Positions 41,940 through 53,400 of a stretch of 64,000 nt of DNA are shown here, piece by piece. Position numbers and translations under genes: made by a program. The notes below the pieces were generated by a model that ran no database searches, was not told where the DNA came from, and saw only the letters and a list, made by a program, of their open reading frames with translations. Origin of the DNA: a virus. The stretch lies in the IMG/VR virus record IMGVR_UViG_3300033146_001382, positions 64,001-128,000 of that record. One strand, 5' to 3'. The stretch's first letter is position 1; each line of letters starts with the position of its first letter.

Positions 41940-43514
41940 ATGGTAGCAAAAACACGTTGGGTGGCGTATCCAGTGGATGCTGAAGGACAAGCCACAGATG
42001 GTAATGGTAATTCATACAAAGGTAAAGCAGGGTATAGTAGGGCAACTGCTAGTGTAGCAGATACATTTACAATAGGACCTACATCTAATAGATTGTATAT
42101 ATCTATGGATGGGGATGGTGGTCCTTATATTACTATGTATTCAGGTACTAATTTAGATCCTAGATTTTTGGCTAAGGATATCACAGAGAAAATGCATGAT
42201 TTAGGTAAGAATAATAAGCGGTGGGATGCCGCAAAATGTATTTGGACAAATAATAAAGCGGAAGGTAATTGCTTTGAAATACATTCCGGGACATTGGGCT
42301 CATCTTCTAGTGTTGTTATATCTACAGGTCAAACTAACGATGGCTCAGCTATTTTAGGGTATGCGACTGCTACAGAGCAAGGGGGCTTAGTTAGTAGTAA
42401 TGGTTTTTCAGGAGACATAACAGTTACTGGTGATTATCGTGGTTTTTTAGATGAGATGTATACTATAATGATTACTAATGATTCTTATAGTGAAGCTGGC
42501 TCAGCCCCTAGAGGTATTGGTACTCCAGTTAAAGATGCTGCTAATAGTTATGACGGCACAATGGTAACTGGCGGGGTGTTTAAATATACATCTGATTTAA
42601 CTTATACTATCAGTATTGATGTAACAAATGGGTCCACAATGGGCGGAGGATGGGGAAATGTACCAAGAATATCATGGGTGTCTACTGGAGATGATTCTTC
42701 TACAGTTAGTACGGAGCTTCTATTTCCGGATTATTGGTATAAAGTAGGTGATTATGGTTTAATGGTAAAATTCTCTGATGCCGTATTTAATCAAGTTAGC
42801 CCCGCATGGACAATAGGTTGTAAAAAAGCCGACTATGTAGGAGGCACAAATGCTACAGGACCAGTTGAAACTGCAGAATATGTATGGGCGTCTGACCGTG
42901 GCGAAATGAGCTCTGCTCCAGTAGTAACTTCTTCTGGTGCACCTACTCAATTAGGTACTAGAGGTCTGTCAGTGGTCTTTAATCCAGTAGGGGCAGATAA
43001 TTTTAATGCTGGGGATGAGTTTAGAGTGATATGTACTGCGCCTAAACCTACCAACTATAATATAACTAGTTTAAATTATGGAAATGTTACAGTAAGTACA
43101 GAATCTAGTGTAAAATGTGTAGTATTTGAGATAGAGTCTGGGGCTGTAGAAATGTCTACTGTAAAATTTGGACTACAAAATCATGGTACATTTAGTCATC
43201 ATGATGCTGGGAATAATGATACCGAATTTAGATTTGGTACGGTAGGTCCAGATAATACTTCTGGGGTTAATCCATCCAATGGCATAGAGTGGTGGAAAAA
43301 TGTAACTCCGGGGGATATAGATGATAATACTGCGCCCTCATATTTATATCATACTAAAGCAAATTTATCAGTAGTTTCTACTGCAGATGATAGTGAAAGT
43401 ATAGGTAATATAGGATTAATGTCTGATCCTATATGGTCAGGTATAAGGCTAGGTAGCTCAGAGACTGGAGCAAATAGTACAATTAATATGCGTTTATATT
43501 TTGATTATTCGTAA
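41940..43514 (+). CDS. Putative virion structural protein, 524 aa
   Basis: SD aaggagg; Gly/Ser/Thr-rich beta protein carrying the module shared with 29671 and 50429. Confidence 0.55.
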   Translation: MVAKTRWVAYPVDAEGQATDGNGNSYKGKAGYSRATASVADTFTIGPTSNRLYISMDGDGGPYITMYSGTNLDPRFLAKDITEKMHDLGKNNKRWDAAKCIWTNNKAEGNCFEIHSGTLGSSSSVVISTGQTNDGSAILGYATATEQGGLVSSNGFSGDITVTGDYRGFLDEMYTIMITNDSYSEAGSAPRGIGTPVKDAANSYDGTMVTGGVFKYTSDLTYTISIDVTNGSTMGGGWGNVPRISWVSTGDDSSTVSTELLFPDYWYKVGDYGLMVKFSDAVFNQVSPAWTIGCKKADYVGGTNATGPVETAEYVWASDRGEMSSAPVVTSSGAPTQLGTRGLSVVFNPVGADNFNAGDEFRVICTAPKPTNYNITSLNYGNVTVSTESSVKCVVFEIESGAVEMSTVKFGLQNHGTFSHHDAGNNDTEFRFGTVGPDNTSGVNPSNGIEWWKNVTPGDIDDNTAPSYLYHTKANLSVVSTADDSESIGNIGLMSDPIWSGIRLGSSETGANSTINMRLYFDYS

Positions 43515-43532
43515 GTTATTTCAGTAACTTAC
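43511..43532 (+). terminator. Perfect 8-bp inverted repeat over the stop codon (GTAAGTTA-tttcag-TAACTTAC); possible weak terminator or processing site
   Basis: Seen directly. The stem is AT-rich and has no U-tract, so function is uncertain. Confidence 0.3.
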
Positions 43533-43667
43533 AAAGTACACTAAGACTAAAGAAAAAGTTAATATGGCTTTGTGAGGTAGCATTGAGTTATTAGCGCTAG
43601 GAACAATAGATAATTGTGGCGACGCCAAATTAAACAGAAAATATAGAAATAAAAAGGAACTAATAAA

Positions 43668-43883
43668 ATGAAATCGAAACTCTATTTAGAGGAGATAGTA
43701 GAAAATAAGGATAGGAAGTTTGGGTCAACTTTAAAATATTACCCAGCTAGATTAATTTCAGAAAGCGGTACAACAGTTAACGCGTTGTTTACGAAAAATG
43801 AGTTAGATACTGCCATGAAAAGAGCAGTAACTAACCCAGAGGATATACCAAAGAAAACGTTTTTGGAAGGATTATTTAATTAA
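43668..43883 (+). CDS. Hypothetical protein, 71 aa
   Basis: ORF with aagga SD after the largest intergenic gap. Confidence 0.65.
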   Translation: MKSKLYLEEIVENKDRKFGSTLKYYPARLISESGTTVNALFTKNELDTAMKRAVTNPEDIPKKTFLEGLFN

Positions 43884-43895
43884 GGAGTAATAGCT

Positions 43896-44093
43896 ATGCC
43901 AGTATATGAGTTTGAATGTGACTGTGGGAACGTATCTGAGGAATTAGTACCTATGGGCACCAAGTCTATTGAGTGCCCTAAGTGTAAAGAAAATATGAAA
44001 AAGATTATTTCAAAGTCTAGTTTTATTCTAAAAGGTACAGGGTGGGCATTTGATAACTATGGGTTGAAGAGTACAAAAAAAATTAATCAGTAA
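43896..44093 (+). CDS. FmdB-family zinc-ribbon protein, 65 aa
   Basis: MPVYEFECDCG...ECPKC...MKKIISKSSFILKGTGW matches the FmdB pattern MP.Y.Y.C..CG...CP.C...M.R.IS...F..KG.GW. Confidence 0.85.
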   Translation: MPVYEFECDCGNVSEELVPMGTKSIECPKCKENMKKIISKSSFILKGTGWAFDNYGLKSTKKINQ

Positions 44094-44107
44094 AGGGGAT
44101 ATATTTT

Positions 44108-44413
44108 ATGAGGCGAGGATGGCAGGTTGAGCTGGTTGATGGCTCTATATTAGAAGAGGGGCAGATTGAATGGAGGGAAGTACCTAAGGTTAAAATAAAA
44201 CGTTTATCTTTACTTTATGACGGAAGGCAATGGGATTTATTTGAGAAACAGGCATACTTTATTAAAAATAAAGCGTCTATGGTTCCTGGGATAGCAGAGT
44301 CTTTTCAAATTGAACGTAGATGTATAGGATATTATGAAGGGGCTAAGAAAATTCATTATATAGTGGATGAGTTAACTGGCAAATTTAATATGGAAGTAGT
44401 AGATAATGGATAA
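44108..44413 (+). CDS. Hypothetical protein, 101 aa
   Basis: Operon packing; weak similarity to 38417. Confidence 0.65.
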   Translation: MRRGWQVELVDGSILEEGQIEWREVPKVKIKRLSLLYDGRQWDLFEKQAYFIKNKASMVPGIAESFQIERRCIGYYEGAKKIHYIVDELTGKFNMEVVDNG

Positions 44414-44418
44414 ATTTA

Positions 44419-47400
44419 ATGTCAAATGAACCTATAAACAAATGTCAATATTGGAATAAACATGAGCCTCTTCCGTGTATATATTGGGATGAAGAAACTA
44501 CGGTGTGTAATTATAGGGGCGCCGAAGATCAAAATTCTGTATCATCTACCTATACACCAACTCATTTTCCTTATTGTAATTTAATTGGTACTTCCGTAGG
44601 GTGTTCTAGCTATAAATCTCCTAATCATGGTGCAACTATTGCTAGGTGTATTTTGCCCGATCCTAGAAGACATGTATGTAATAGAGCTACAGGAAGAAAA
44701 TGGGTAACAGCTGAAGAGGATAGTGATACATATAACGAGAGTGGGGCAGTGTTACTTGATTGGCAATTTGATACTATAAATGGATACAATAATGGGGCGT
44801 GTGACGGTGTTGGAACCAATGTAACATGTAGTGGCTACGCTCCATATCATTTAGGCTTTGGAGTACTTACTCCTTCTGATAGTGTAGAATTAGATACTTT
44901 TGCCTTAGGTAGATTTTCAATAGATTCAGAATTTGATTATAGATTACCTACTAATTTTGTTATTTATAATATTAGGGCTGCTTTATCTAAGTGTTATTGG
45001 TGGAGAGTAGATAGTGGTAATTTTATAGTCGAAGAGGATAGTACTATAGCTTTAGAAGGTAATTGGGAGTGTTCTTGCCCTAATGACACTAGTTTTTATA
45101 GTGAGTTTACTTTAGATAATGGTCCCCCATGTAATGGGTGTAAACCTGAATGTCCTAGTTATACTGGTGTTTGCTGGAAATATTGTATAGATGTAAAAAT
45201 GCAGGATGGAGATCCTATTTTAGCTGAGCAGATACATGAATTACGTTATTACCATAGAGAATCAAATTGGACTACTGAAGCCATTCAATCTATATTTATA
45301 GATGAAGGTGATATTTTTACATGGCATGGGTCTATAGATCCTGCAAGATGTGCTGAGGGTAGTCTTGGTCAACAGTTAGACTCTGAGTGTGTAGATGGTG
45401 GTGCTACTTTAAAAGGGGCACTATCTACTACTATAGGTATAAATGGTATGATTGAAGATTATCGGATACCTGCAGTTAAAGTTACAATGCCATCTTTTGA
45501 AGAGTTTACTATTGAAACTGAGGATGTAGAGTTAACTCAAGGTACAACAGTAACGTCAGCATTATCAGATTTTCCTACATTAGTTAGATCAATTCAATTA
45601 CTTCCTTTATCTCCGATAATTCAAACAGAATTTACTAAACATACTACTGTCAATAATGAAAATTTATTATTGTTTGAGACACCATTTTTAGCTAAAGATA
45701 TTAGTGTTTTGATTTATGGTAAATTATTTTATTCTAAAACAGCTTATGCTATAAATATTAGTGATAGTAAAGTACGAGCAATTATACCTAGGGAGTTATA
45801 TCATTTTGATGATATATATTTATTAGAGACTACTTTAGGTCCAGAAGACTATGATATTTTTAAAGCTAGGTTAGTATCTGCTTTTAGAGCACTAAAGGCG
45901 TTAGATCCAGATAAGGTAATAGTTAATTCTTTAGCTAATGAGGATTTAACTTTTTTAATGGATGTTCCGGTACTATCTAAAGATAAGACTTATAATGGTT
46001 CTAGTGAAAATACTATTTTGGTATTTCAAGAAGTTAATGATACTTTTACTTTTGATAAGATTAGTTTTATTAAGAGAGTAGTAGGTGGTATGATGTTTCA
46101 AGATGATTTTAAAATTATAGGAGATAGAAAACTAGTACGTCACCCCATTCCTAATTTTGAAAAGTCATTTATGACAAATTTAAATCATAACGGAAGTATA
46201 TCATTCCATTTTTCTCCGTTTATAGATGCGGGGATAGAAACTACACCAGCATATACATATAATGATGTTAAGCATATAGACCCATTGACTGGAGATCTAT
46301 TTATAGGGAGTAAGAAATACAAAATTACGATAGTAACTTATTTGCTTGAAGTAACTTCTACTGTTGAATACGAACGAGAGTTTAAACCTATAGGCTCTAA
46401 TGGGTATGCATTAATAAAATTGAACGACTTGTATATTAATAATATTATAGAAAATTGGAAAGCAGAAAAGATTGTAGTAACTTATGAGAATGAGGTATTA
46501 GCTCCAAATGGTACTACTAGTATAGAATACTCTGAATGTGAAATGGAAATAGTACATCATGGTGGAGACCATAAAATGCCTAGTAGATGTGTACTGGTTA
46601 AACCAAGAAATATAGCTAATTATGGCTCAATTTGTGGAAGAGTATCAACTGTAAAAATAATTAATCTCACTTATATAGAAAAAAGAAGTTTTGAGCAACT
46701 ACCAGAGTTAAATTTAGGTACATATGAAGAGGTTATTGAGGAATCTGATGAGGTGCATATACTTAGTGCAGGCACACTTGAAGGGTCAGAGTCTAATTTT
46801 ATTATTGTAGATTATAAATTTGTGCTTACTTTAGCTACTATTATGAAAGATAGTACTGGTAGATATTTTACAATGTCTAGAACTAAACCTATAGGAATGG
46901 TTAAACAAGTAGCATGCCCAGATGTGGAGATTTTTTATAGTTGGGAAGGTAAGTATACAGAGTATCAAAATTTCCCTCATTGTAGATGTTGTGGTCCTTG
47001 GACAGAGACTCATATGTCAGATGATAACATTAGGAGGAACTCTCCATTTTGTGGAGACCATTTTGAATGTGCAGGTTGTTTGATTGGGCCCATGTGGTGG
47101 CCATATAATAAATGCCGGGATTACTCTGGTTACAGACAAGTAACTAATTTGGATAATTGGGATCTAGAGATGAGAGGCCTTTTTCAAATGAGGGATGACG
47201 ATGGTCAATGGGTACATGGTGCGCACGATATGAGAATGCTTGGACCGGATAAGAGGGATGGACGTACTGGTTTGTATTGTCCCCCTAGAGCTTGTACATG
47301 TCCAATGCTGACATACAATTATTACTTAAGGGGTGAGGCCTACTTTGTGGGATATGGTAGAGTAAGAGCTGGAGTTAGTCAAAGTCAGATAAGTATTTGG

Positions 47401-50016
47401 TTTGCTACTGGAAGTGATCCTATTTTACCTTTTGGTAATGAGCGTAGATCTGTTTTAAGGTCATATAGGACAATGGATCAAGCCCCGTATATTAGAACCG
47501 ATATAGACCCATTAACTAAAATATCTATACCCAGGACTGATTGGAAACTAATGCCTGCAATACAAATGTTTTCTCGCTCTGATATAACTCAAAATGATGA
47601 TGAAATGTGGGATTATTTTTGTGGTTCTAAGGGCGCAAATGTAATAAATCCATTGGGCTTTTATTTAGCTGATGAGTTCGATGGTTTAGCTATTGATGAG
47701 ACTGTAGATTATCATAATAGATTTAGGTTTGAAGATATAATAATAGCACGAAATGAGTTTAATCTAGGTTATCCTAAGACTGCAGGAAGTTATGTAGTGG
47801 CGGTAGGTAATAGTATAGTTTCTCCTTGGTACGACTTTAAAGAGTACTTAGTTAGTGGTTTATATATACAATGGGCTTGGCAAGAAGTGTGGAAACCTTT
47901 AGAGAGGAATAGTAATGAGTCGTTAGAGTGTTCATATGAAGAGTTTGTAGAGGAGTTTGTTACTAGGGGTGTAGTGGGTAATATAAAAGGTACTTATTTA
48001 GCGCTTGGTAATATAGTGGCTGGGTTACATCAAATGATAAAACCTACTTATCCTAAGTATGAGTATGACTGGCAGAATAAAGAATTTAGACTAGTAGGAG
48101 ATGAATCATCTGAGGCAAGAATAAAGTTTATTGCTCCAACTAGTAAAGATCAGGCTACCGGTGAATATATCGGCTACCCAGCTCTACAACTTAATAATGG
48201 GCCAAAGAGGGGTATTAACTGGCAGGGGGAGTGGCTCACAGCAGATAATGCGGATGGTACACTACCAGATGGTGAAACTCTAGATGAAGATTATAATGTT
48301 TTACTATATGAAACATGTATAGGAAATTATTCATTAGACACTTCTATTTCTACAGCTACTACATGGTCAAACCAAGTTACACTATTTGATAGTGGATACG
48401 ATGATATATCTACATCTTCTGCGGAAGATGATGATAGGATGGTTTTAACTATAGCTCCAATAACTGGGGATAAAGTTAAGACTTATTTTCAGAGAGGTTT
48501 AAATGTAGAACTATTTTTAAATAGACTAGGTAGCGCTCCTTTAAAGGTACAGCTATTAACTCAGTTGTTACAATTAGATCCATTTATGGAGGTGGTGTGT
48601 GGATTTACTGAATCACTACCTATAGGATTTAAATTTGATAATATAATGCGTACTATAGGTAGAGTTAGTTTTAGTTACGAATATGGTCCAAATCTTATCT
48701 CTCCGGCTGTGATATCAGCTAATAATACTCAAGTAACTCAAGCTGTTTATAGCTATTCTCATATGCCTGAGATATCTATATATAAGTCATCTACTGGTAC
48801 TGCTACTGGGGCAACTTTATTATATAAATCTAGTGGTATGAAACTATATGATGGCCCTCCAGAAGGAGTAATAGAGGTTAAATCTGAGACTGTAGAATGG
48901 GAAAATTCTTGGGATTATGTGGCTGGAGGCGAAGTAGGTTTATACGTAGTATTTAGAACTACCCCTACTGTTGAAGAAATATCTAAATTAAATACAACTT
49001 TATTAGACTCTGGAAGGTATAATAGTAGTTTAAATTTAGTAAATGTACTAAATACTCAATTATATAAAGAGGAGTTAACTGATGCGCAAGAAAATATAAA
49101 AATATGGGAAAGAAAATATTATGTTTCTTATGGGCACTCAGCAGATGGACCTCCTCAAGGCACTGGCGAAGTTAAGACTTTAACTGATCTACCAATGACC
49201 CCTCATAGTGTTTGGCAAGTTGATTCAGTTGAAGGTGTTAATGGTATAGCAGGATCAAATGGACAACACGCATATATAAATAAATGTAGAGGAAGATTTG
49301 TATTTGATATACATGAAGATGAAGAATTACTTGATACTGGATCAATAGCAGCTATGGAAAATTTACAGTATGAATTATACAATCAAGCTGCTAACAAAGC
49401 CACCACCCTTTCAGCTATGCAAGGGATAATGCCTCCAGGATTACAAAAACTTCTCACTGATAATGGAGTTATTTTTGGTGGTGCAGAATCATTAAGTTTG
49501 GAGAACTCGTTAATATCTACACTAGCGGAGATAAATAATTTCCCACTTATGCAAGCAGAAGGTCATTCTTATATTCCTAGTTCGCCTTGGACTGAGGGTT
49601 GTGGAGGATCATATACTCATTCAGCTTTAACTAGATGTTATGGTGGTGATACTTTTCAGTGGAGGTATACTAATTTTGATGGTGACTATGATACTGATAT
49701 ATTTGAAGACTCTCATTATGCTTGGGAGTCATTAACTCAATTTAATATGGGAACTTATTGGATGTTGCAGCGCAGAGAGGCTGATTTTTATTTAGCTGAC
49801 ACTGTTTTTCCTAGACTTTATTCTAGGAACACAAAAAATAGAATTTTTAGGGCTGACGAAGCTGAGTTTTCTGATATGACCTATCCACTTATGGATATTA
49901 GATATCCTACAGCTGGAAGTTTCTCAGTGCATGTACCAGCTAGACGTCCTCCCCCTGTCATTACTCATTGGGGTGGTATGTTTCCAATTACAATAGGACA
50001 AACATGGAATCAATAA
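44419..50016 (+). CDS. Large Cys-rich protein of unknown function, probably a virion component; 1865 aa
   Basis: Long ORF with two dense Cys clusters; no family recognised. Confidence 0.6.
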   Translation: MSNEPINKCQYWNKHEPLPCIYWDEETTVCNYRGAEDQNSVSSTYTPTHFPYCNLIGTSVGCSSYKSPNHGATIARCILPDPRRHVCNRATGRKWVTAEEDSDTYNESGAVLLDWQFDTINGYNNGACDGVGTNVTCSGYAPYHLGFGVLTPSDSVELDTFALGRFSIDSEFDYRLPTNFVIYNIRAALSKCYWWRVDSGNFIVEEDSTIALEGNWECSCPNDTSFYSEFTLDNGPPCNGCKPECPSYTGVCWKYCIDVKMQDGDPILAEQIHELRYYHRESNWTTEAIQSIFIDEGDIFTWHGSIDPARCAEGSLGQQLDSECVDGGATLKGALSTTIGINGMIEDYRIPAVKVTMPSFEEFTIETEDVELTQGTTVTSALSDFPTLVRSIQLLPLSPIIQTEFTKHTTVNNENLLLFETPFLAKDISVLIYGKLFYSKTAYAINISDSKVRAIIPRELYHFDDIYLLETTLGPEDYDIFKARLVSAFRALKALDPDKVIVNSLANEDLTFLMDVPVLSKDKTYNGSSENTILVFQEVNDTFTFDKISFIKRVVGGMMFQDDFKIIGDRKLVRHPIPNFEKSFMTNLNHNGSISFHFSPFIDAGIETTPAYTYNDVKHIDPLTGDLFIGSKKYKITIVTYLLEVTSTVEYEREFKPIGSNGYALIKLNDLYINNIIENWKAEKIVVTYENEVLAPNGTTSIEYSECEMEIVHHGGDHKMPSRCVLVKPRNIANYGSICGRVSTVKIINLTYIEKRSFEQLPELNLGTYEEVIEESDEVHILSAGTLEGSESNFIIVDYKFVLTLATIMKDSTGRYFTMSRTKPIGMVKQVACPDVEIFYSWEGKYTEYQNFPHCRCCGPWTETHMSDDNIRRNSPFCGDHFECAGCLIGPMWWPYNKCRDYSGYRQVTNLDNWDLEMRGLFQMRDDDGQWVHGAHDMRMLGPDKRDGRTGLYCPPRACTCPMLTYNYYLRGEAYFVGYGRVRAGVSQSQISIWFATGSDPILPFGNERRSVLRSYRTMDQAPYIRTDIDPLTKISIPRTDWKLMPAIQMFSRSDITQNDDEMWDYFCGSKGANVINPLGFYLADEFDGLAIDETVDYHNRFRFEDIIIARNEFNLGYPKTAGSYVVAVGNSIVSPWYDFKEYLVSGLYIQWAWQEVWKPLERNSNESLECSYEEFVEEFVTRGVVGNIKGTYLALGNIVAGLHQMIKPTYPKYEYDWQNKEFRLVGDESSEARIKFIAPTSKDQATGEYIGYPALQLNNGPKRGINWQGEWLTADNADGTLPDGETLDEDYNVLLYETCIGNYSLDTSISTATTWSNQVTLFDSGYDDISTSSAEDDDRMVLTIAPITGDKVKTYFQRGLNVELFLNRLGSAPLKVQLLTQLLQLDPFMEVVCGFTESLPIGFKFDNIMRTIGRVSFSYEYGPNLISPAVISANNTQVTQAVYSYSHMPEISIYKSSTGTATGATLLYKSSGMKLYDGPPEGVIEVKSETVEWENSWDYVAGGEVGLYVVFRTTPTVEEISKLNTTLLDSGRYNSSLNLVNVLNTQLYKEELTDAQENIKIWERKYYVSYGHSADGPPQGTGEVKTLTDLPMTPHSVWQVDSVEGVNGIAGSNGQHAYINKCRGRFVFDIHEDEELLDTGSIAAMENLQYELYNQAANKATTLSAMQGIMPPGLQKLLTDNGVIFGGAESLSLENSLISTLAEINNFPLMQAEGHSYIPSSPWTEGCGGSYTHSALTRCYGGDTFQWRYTNFDGDYDTDIFEDSHYAWESLTQFNMGTYWMLQRREADFYLADTVFPRLYSRNTKNRIFRADEAEFSDMTYPLMDIRYPTAGSFSVHVPARRPPPVITHWGGMFPITIGQTWNQ

Positions 50017-50034
50017 CTTAAAAGGAGTATAGGT

Positions 50035-50445
50035 ATGGAACATTTAGTTTGTAAAAAATGTGGAGAGCTAATGTATGAAAGTGCGCTGGCTACAACATTT
50101 GCGTATCATGATGAGTTAGATATAATAATGACTAACGACGGGAAGCTAGATATTGATTCAGCTCCTAAATATATGGTATACTCTTGTGTAAAATGTAAAA
50201 GTACACATAAAGTTTATTTTGAGGATTATTTTAGAGCTAGACAAGAATTAGCGCTAACTACTCTAGGTAAAATGCGCTCAGACACTTGTATTACATCGTT
50301 AGATAATTCTATAACTTATAGTGAGGATAGTGGTGTAGAGTTTTGTGGTATATGCCCCGGCATATTTGATGGTGACGGTGTATGTACTATGGATGTAATA
50401 AAAAATTGCACTATAAGGAGTTTTATACTTGAAAACAACTTATAA
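50035..50445 (+). CDS. Zinc-finger-like protein (CxxC x3), 136 aa
   Basis: CKKC, CVKC and CGIC pairs plus further Cys; SD aaggag. Confidence 0.7.
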   Translation: MEHLVCKKCGELMYESALATTFAYHDELDIIMTNDGKLDIDSAPKYMVYSCVKCKSTHKVYFEDYFRARQELALTTLGKMRSDTCITSLDNSITYSEDSGVEFCGICPGIFDGDGVCTMDVIKNCTIRSFILENNL

Positions 50446-53400
50446 TCTATTAAAAGATGCTTTTAGTATAAGGAATACCTCTACTTGTCAATATGATTCT
50501 TTACATGGGTATATAAGTAATTTTAGTAGAAATGGTGATGTAGATGGATGGGATATATACTCTAATATTTGTTTATATGGAGTATGGGATACAGTATTAT
50601 TTGGTACCTCTTTAGAAAGGGAGTGTTATATAAGTAGGACTAATATTTTTATACCCATACCAGCTGAAGAGTACCATATATTAAAAGTTACTATGAAATT
50701 AACACCTCCTGATGGTTTTTTAGATGAGCACCTTCCTACTAAGGGTAGGATAATGTGGCAAACGGTAGCAGATCCTTCTTGGAATGAAGATAAATCAATA
50801 GATTTCGATCTCGTTGTTAATGACCAATGGTACTCGTATATACTTAACACCGGTGAGTCTCAATATTGGCAAGGTGATATAGATAATATTAGAATATACC
50901 CATTTATAGATGGTAAACCTGATATTCGTTTTACTATAAAGACTATTAATGTAGATTCAACCAATTATTTTAGATGTATAAATACGCAATGCTCATTTTA
51001 TTCAAATTTCAGACACCCATGTGAAGGTATAGGTAAGCGTGCTTCTATAACTTCTGGAATTCCTAAAGAGTTTTTTACTACAGTATCAGGTGTCAATGAT
51101 AAATTAATTCTAAATATAGATGATTATGGAAGTCAGCAAATAAATATAGGTAATTTTACTAATGTGACTGGCAGTGACATGGCAAAAATACTAGTTAATA
51201 GAATAAGTTTAGTAGATGTAGGACAATACACTTATGTGGAAGCTACATTTGATACTACTAAAAATAAATTTACCATTTATTCCGGCTCTTCCGTTGATGG
51301 TGGGGTTATACATATCAGCGGCCCTGCCGCCAAAGAATTGGGATTTACTGATGAGTTAGGGAATGAGGTTGTTACAAAAACTATAGGTTGTGAGCCTGCT
51401 TCTGGTTTTGATTATGCTGCCTCTCGTAGATTAAAAGGATTTGAAATAAATGCTCTAATTGATGCCGATACAGAACATACTGCGTATTACCATAATCCAA
51501 ATCAATATACAGTAGAAGCAGGTAGGCCTGATTTTATAGATTCTATGAGTTCTTCTCATGCTCCCCGCCCTATAGATATAGATTATTATAAAGAGATAGA
51601 TGGTAATAATAAATTAATAATTGATGGCTCTCACCCTGTTAATGACTCTGGAAGATTAACTCATATAAAAGTAAATGGAACTAGATGTAAGGATGCAGAT
51701 GATAATATATATGCGTCTTCTAGGTTTAGTGAATCTTTCAGTAAAGTGGTTTTATTACGTCCATATAGAGTAGATAATATTAATGAGTCTTATGTAAAAA
51801 TTATCCATACAGCAATTTTAGGAGATCCAGAAAAAGGTGCTGTGCATACATCGTCTGATGTAACATATAGTGTGGATGTAAATTGGTTAGTTAATAAAGG
51901 TGATTTAATAGGGTTTTATAATTTTAATGTCTTGTGTCCACATTCTTTAAATCAACATACCCCAAATGCTGTCTATTTCGAGGTAAATGGTCTGCCAGAT
52001 GGAAGATTTTATATAGGTAAGCCTGCTGCTAAGGGAGTAATAGGGTTATCATTTTATGCTAGAAGTAGTAGAATACAAGAAAATATACAATTAGAAATTG
52101 ATCTAGGACGTAGAATTAATATTGAGGAATTAACTGTTCACGGTAAGGAACTAAAAACTAATTATGAATATAATGTAGCGTCATGTTTGGATGTTACATG
52201 GCAGGTAGATTTACATAATGAAACTCATTGGCATAAGGTTGGTCATTGTTATTATGGTACTCTACGTAGAGTAGAACATAGAAATAAAGCTTATGGATTA
52301 GAATGTCTAGACGATTGTGTTACTACCCCAGATAACGGACAGCAAGGAAGTTCATATACTAGTAGACCATTAGGAGGTAGTTTACATTTAGATGGGACTA
52401 ATTGGATTCAAAATGATGATCCGGATACTTATAGTGGTTTAGTTACTATAGGTGAGCATTCATATTTCTATGTTAATGGTGATGGGGAATGGAATAATGC
52501 TGGTTGTGGTACTCCTTCTCCATACAATCCTGACGCAGCTTACCATACAATGGAATTCCAAAGTCCATGGAGTGCAGGCCCTCCTTATGATTATGAATTT
52601 GATCCAATTACATTCACTTTATTATTTCCACCAGGAAGGCAAGTTCCAATACATAGATCAGCTATTTATTTTAAAGAGTCTAATAATTTTAAACACATCT
52701 CGTTATCGTACTATTTAGGGGAATTTGGACCAAATGGTAATGCTGAAGAGTTACATTGGGAGTTTGTACCAAAATTTAATTCAGTAGAATTAGATGGCAC
52801 TATGTTATATGAAGGGGTTACAGATGGCTCTCGTAGCAGTGAAAAGTATGATTCTATTTACTTCTCTAACCCATGGCCCATGGCAAAACCCAAATATGTA
52901 AATGGTAGATGTGTAAATTGGAATATTTATCAAACCATGATGAATGAGCGTATGAATACACTTAAACATTATTTTACCCCTATTCCATGTTATGGCTTTA
53001 GATATCATAATGAATGGCATTTAAGTACTAAGATTACAGAGATAGAAGTATTTAGTGGTTTATATATGAAACCGTCTTTGTTAGATAATGTTAGTATTTA
53101 CACCTCCTTATATGGGGAAGAATGGAATGAATTAGTATTTACAGCAGATGAGATGGACGATGAAAGGATAAATTCGCATGTTACAGGTAGTCCGAGATAT
53201 TTTTATTTAGAAATACAATCTCAAGATATATTTAAGCTAAAAGAATTGAATGCTACTATATCTACTGAGCATATTAGGGATCTAGAATGTTATGATACGA
53301 TAGATCCCGATATTGCTCCTAAAGGGGTTGTTACTACTTCTAAAGAATTAATTATAGAAAATACATACAATATACCATTGAATTTAATTGTGGATATTCC

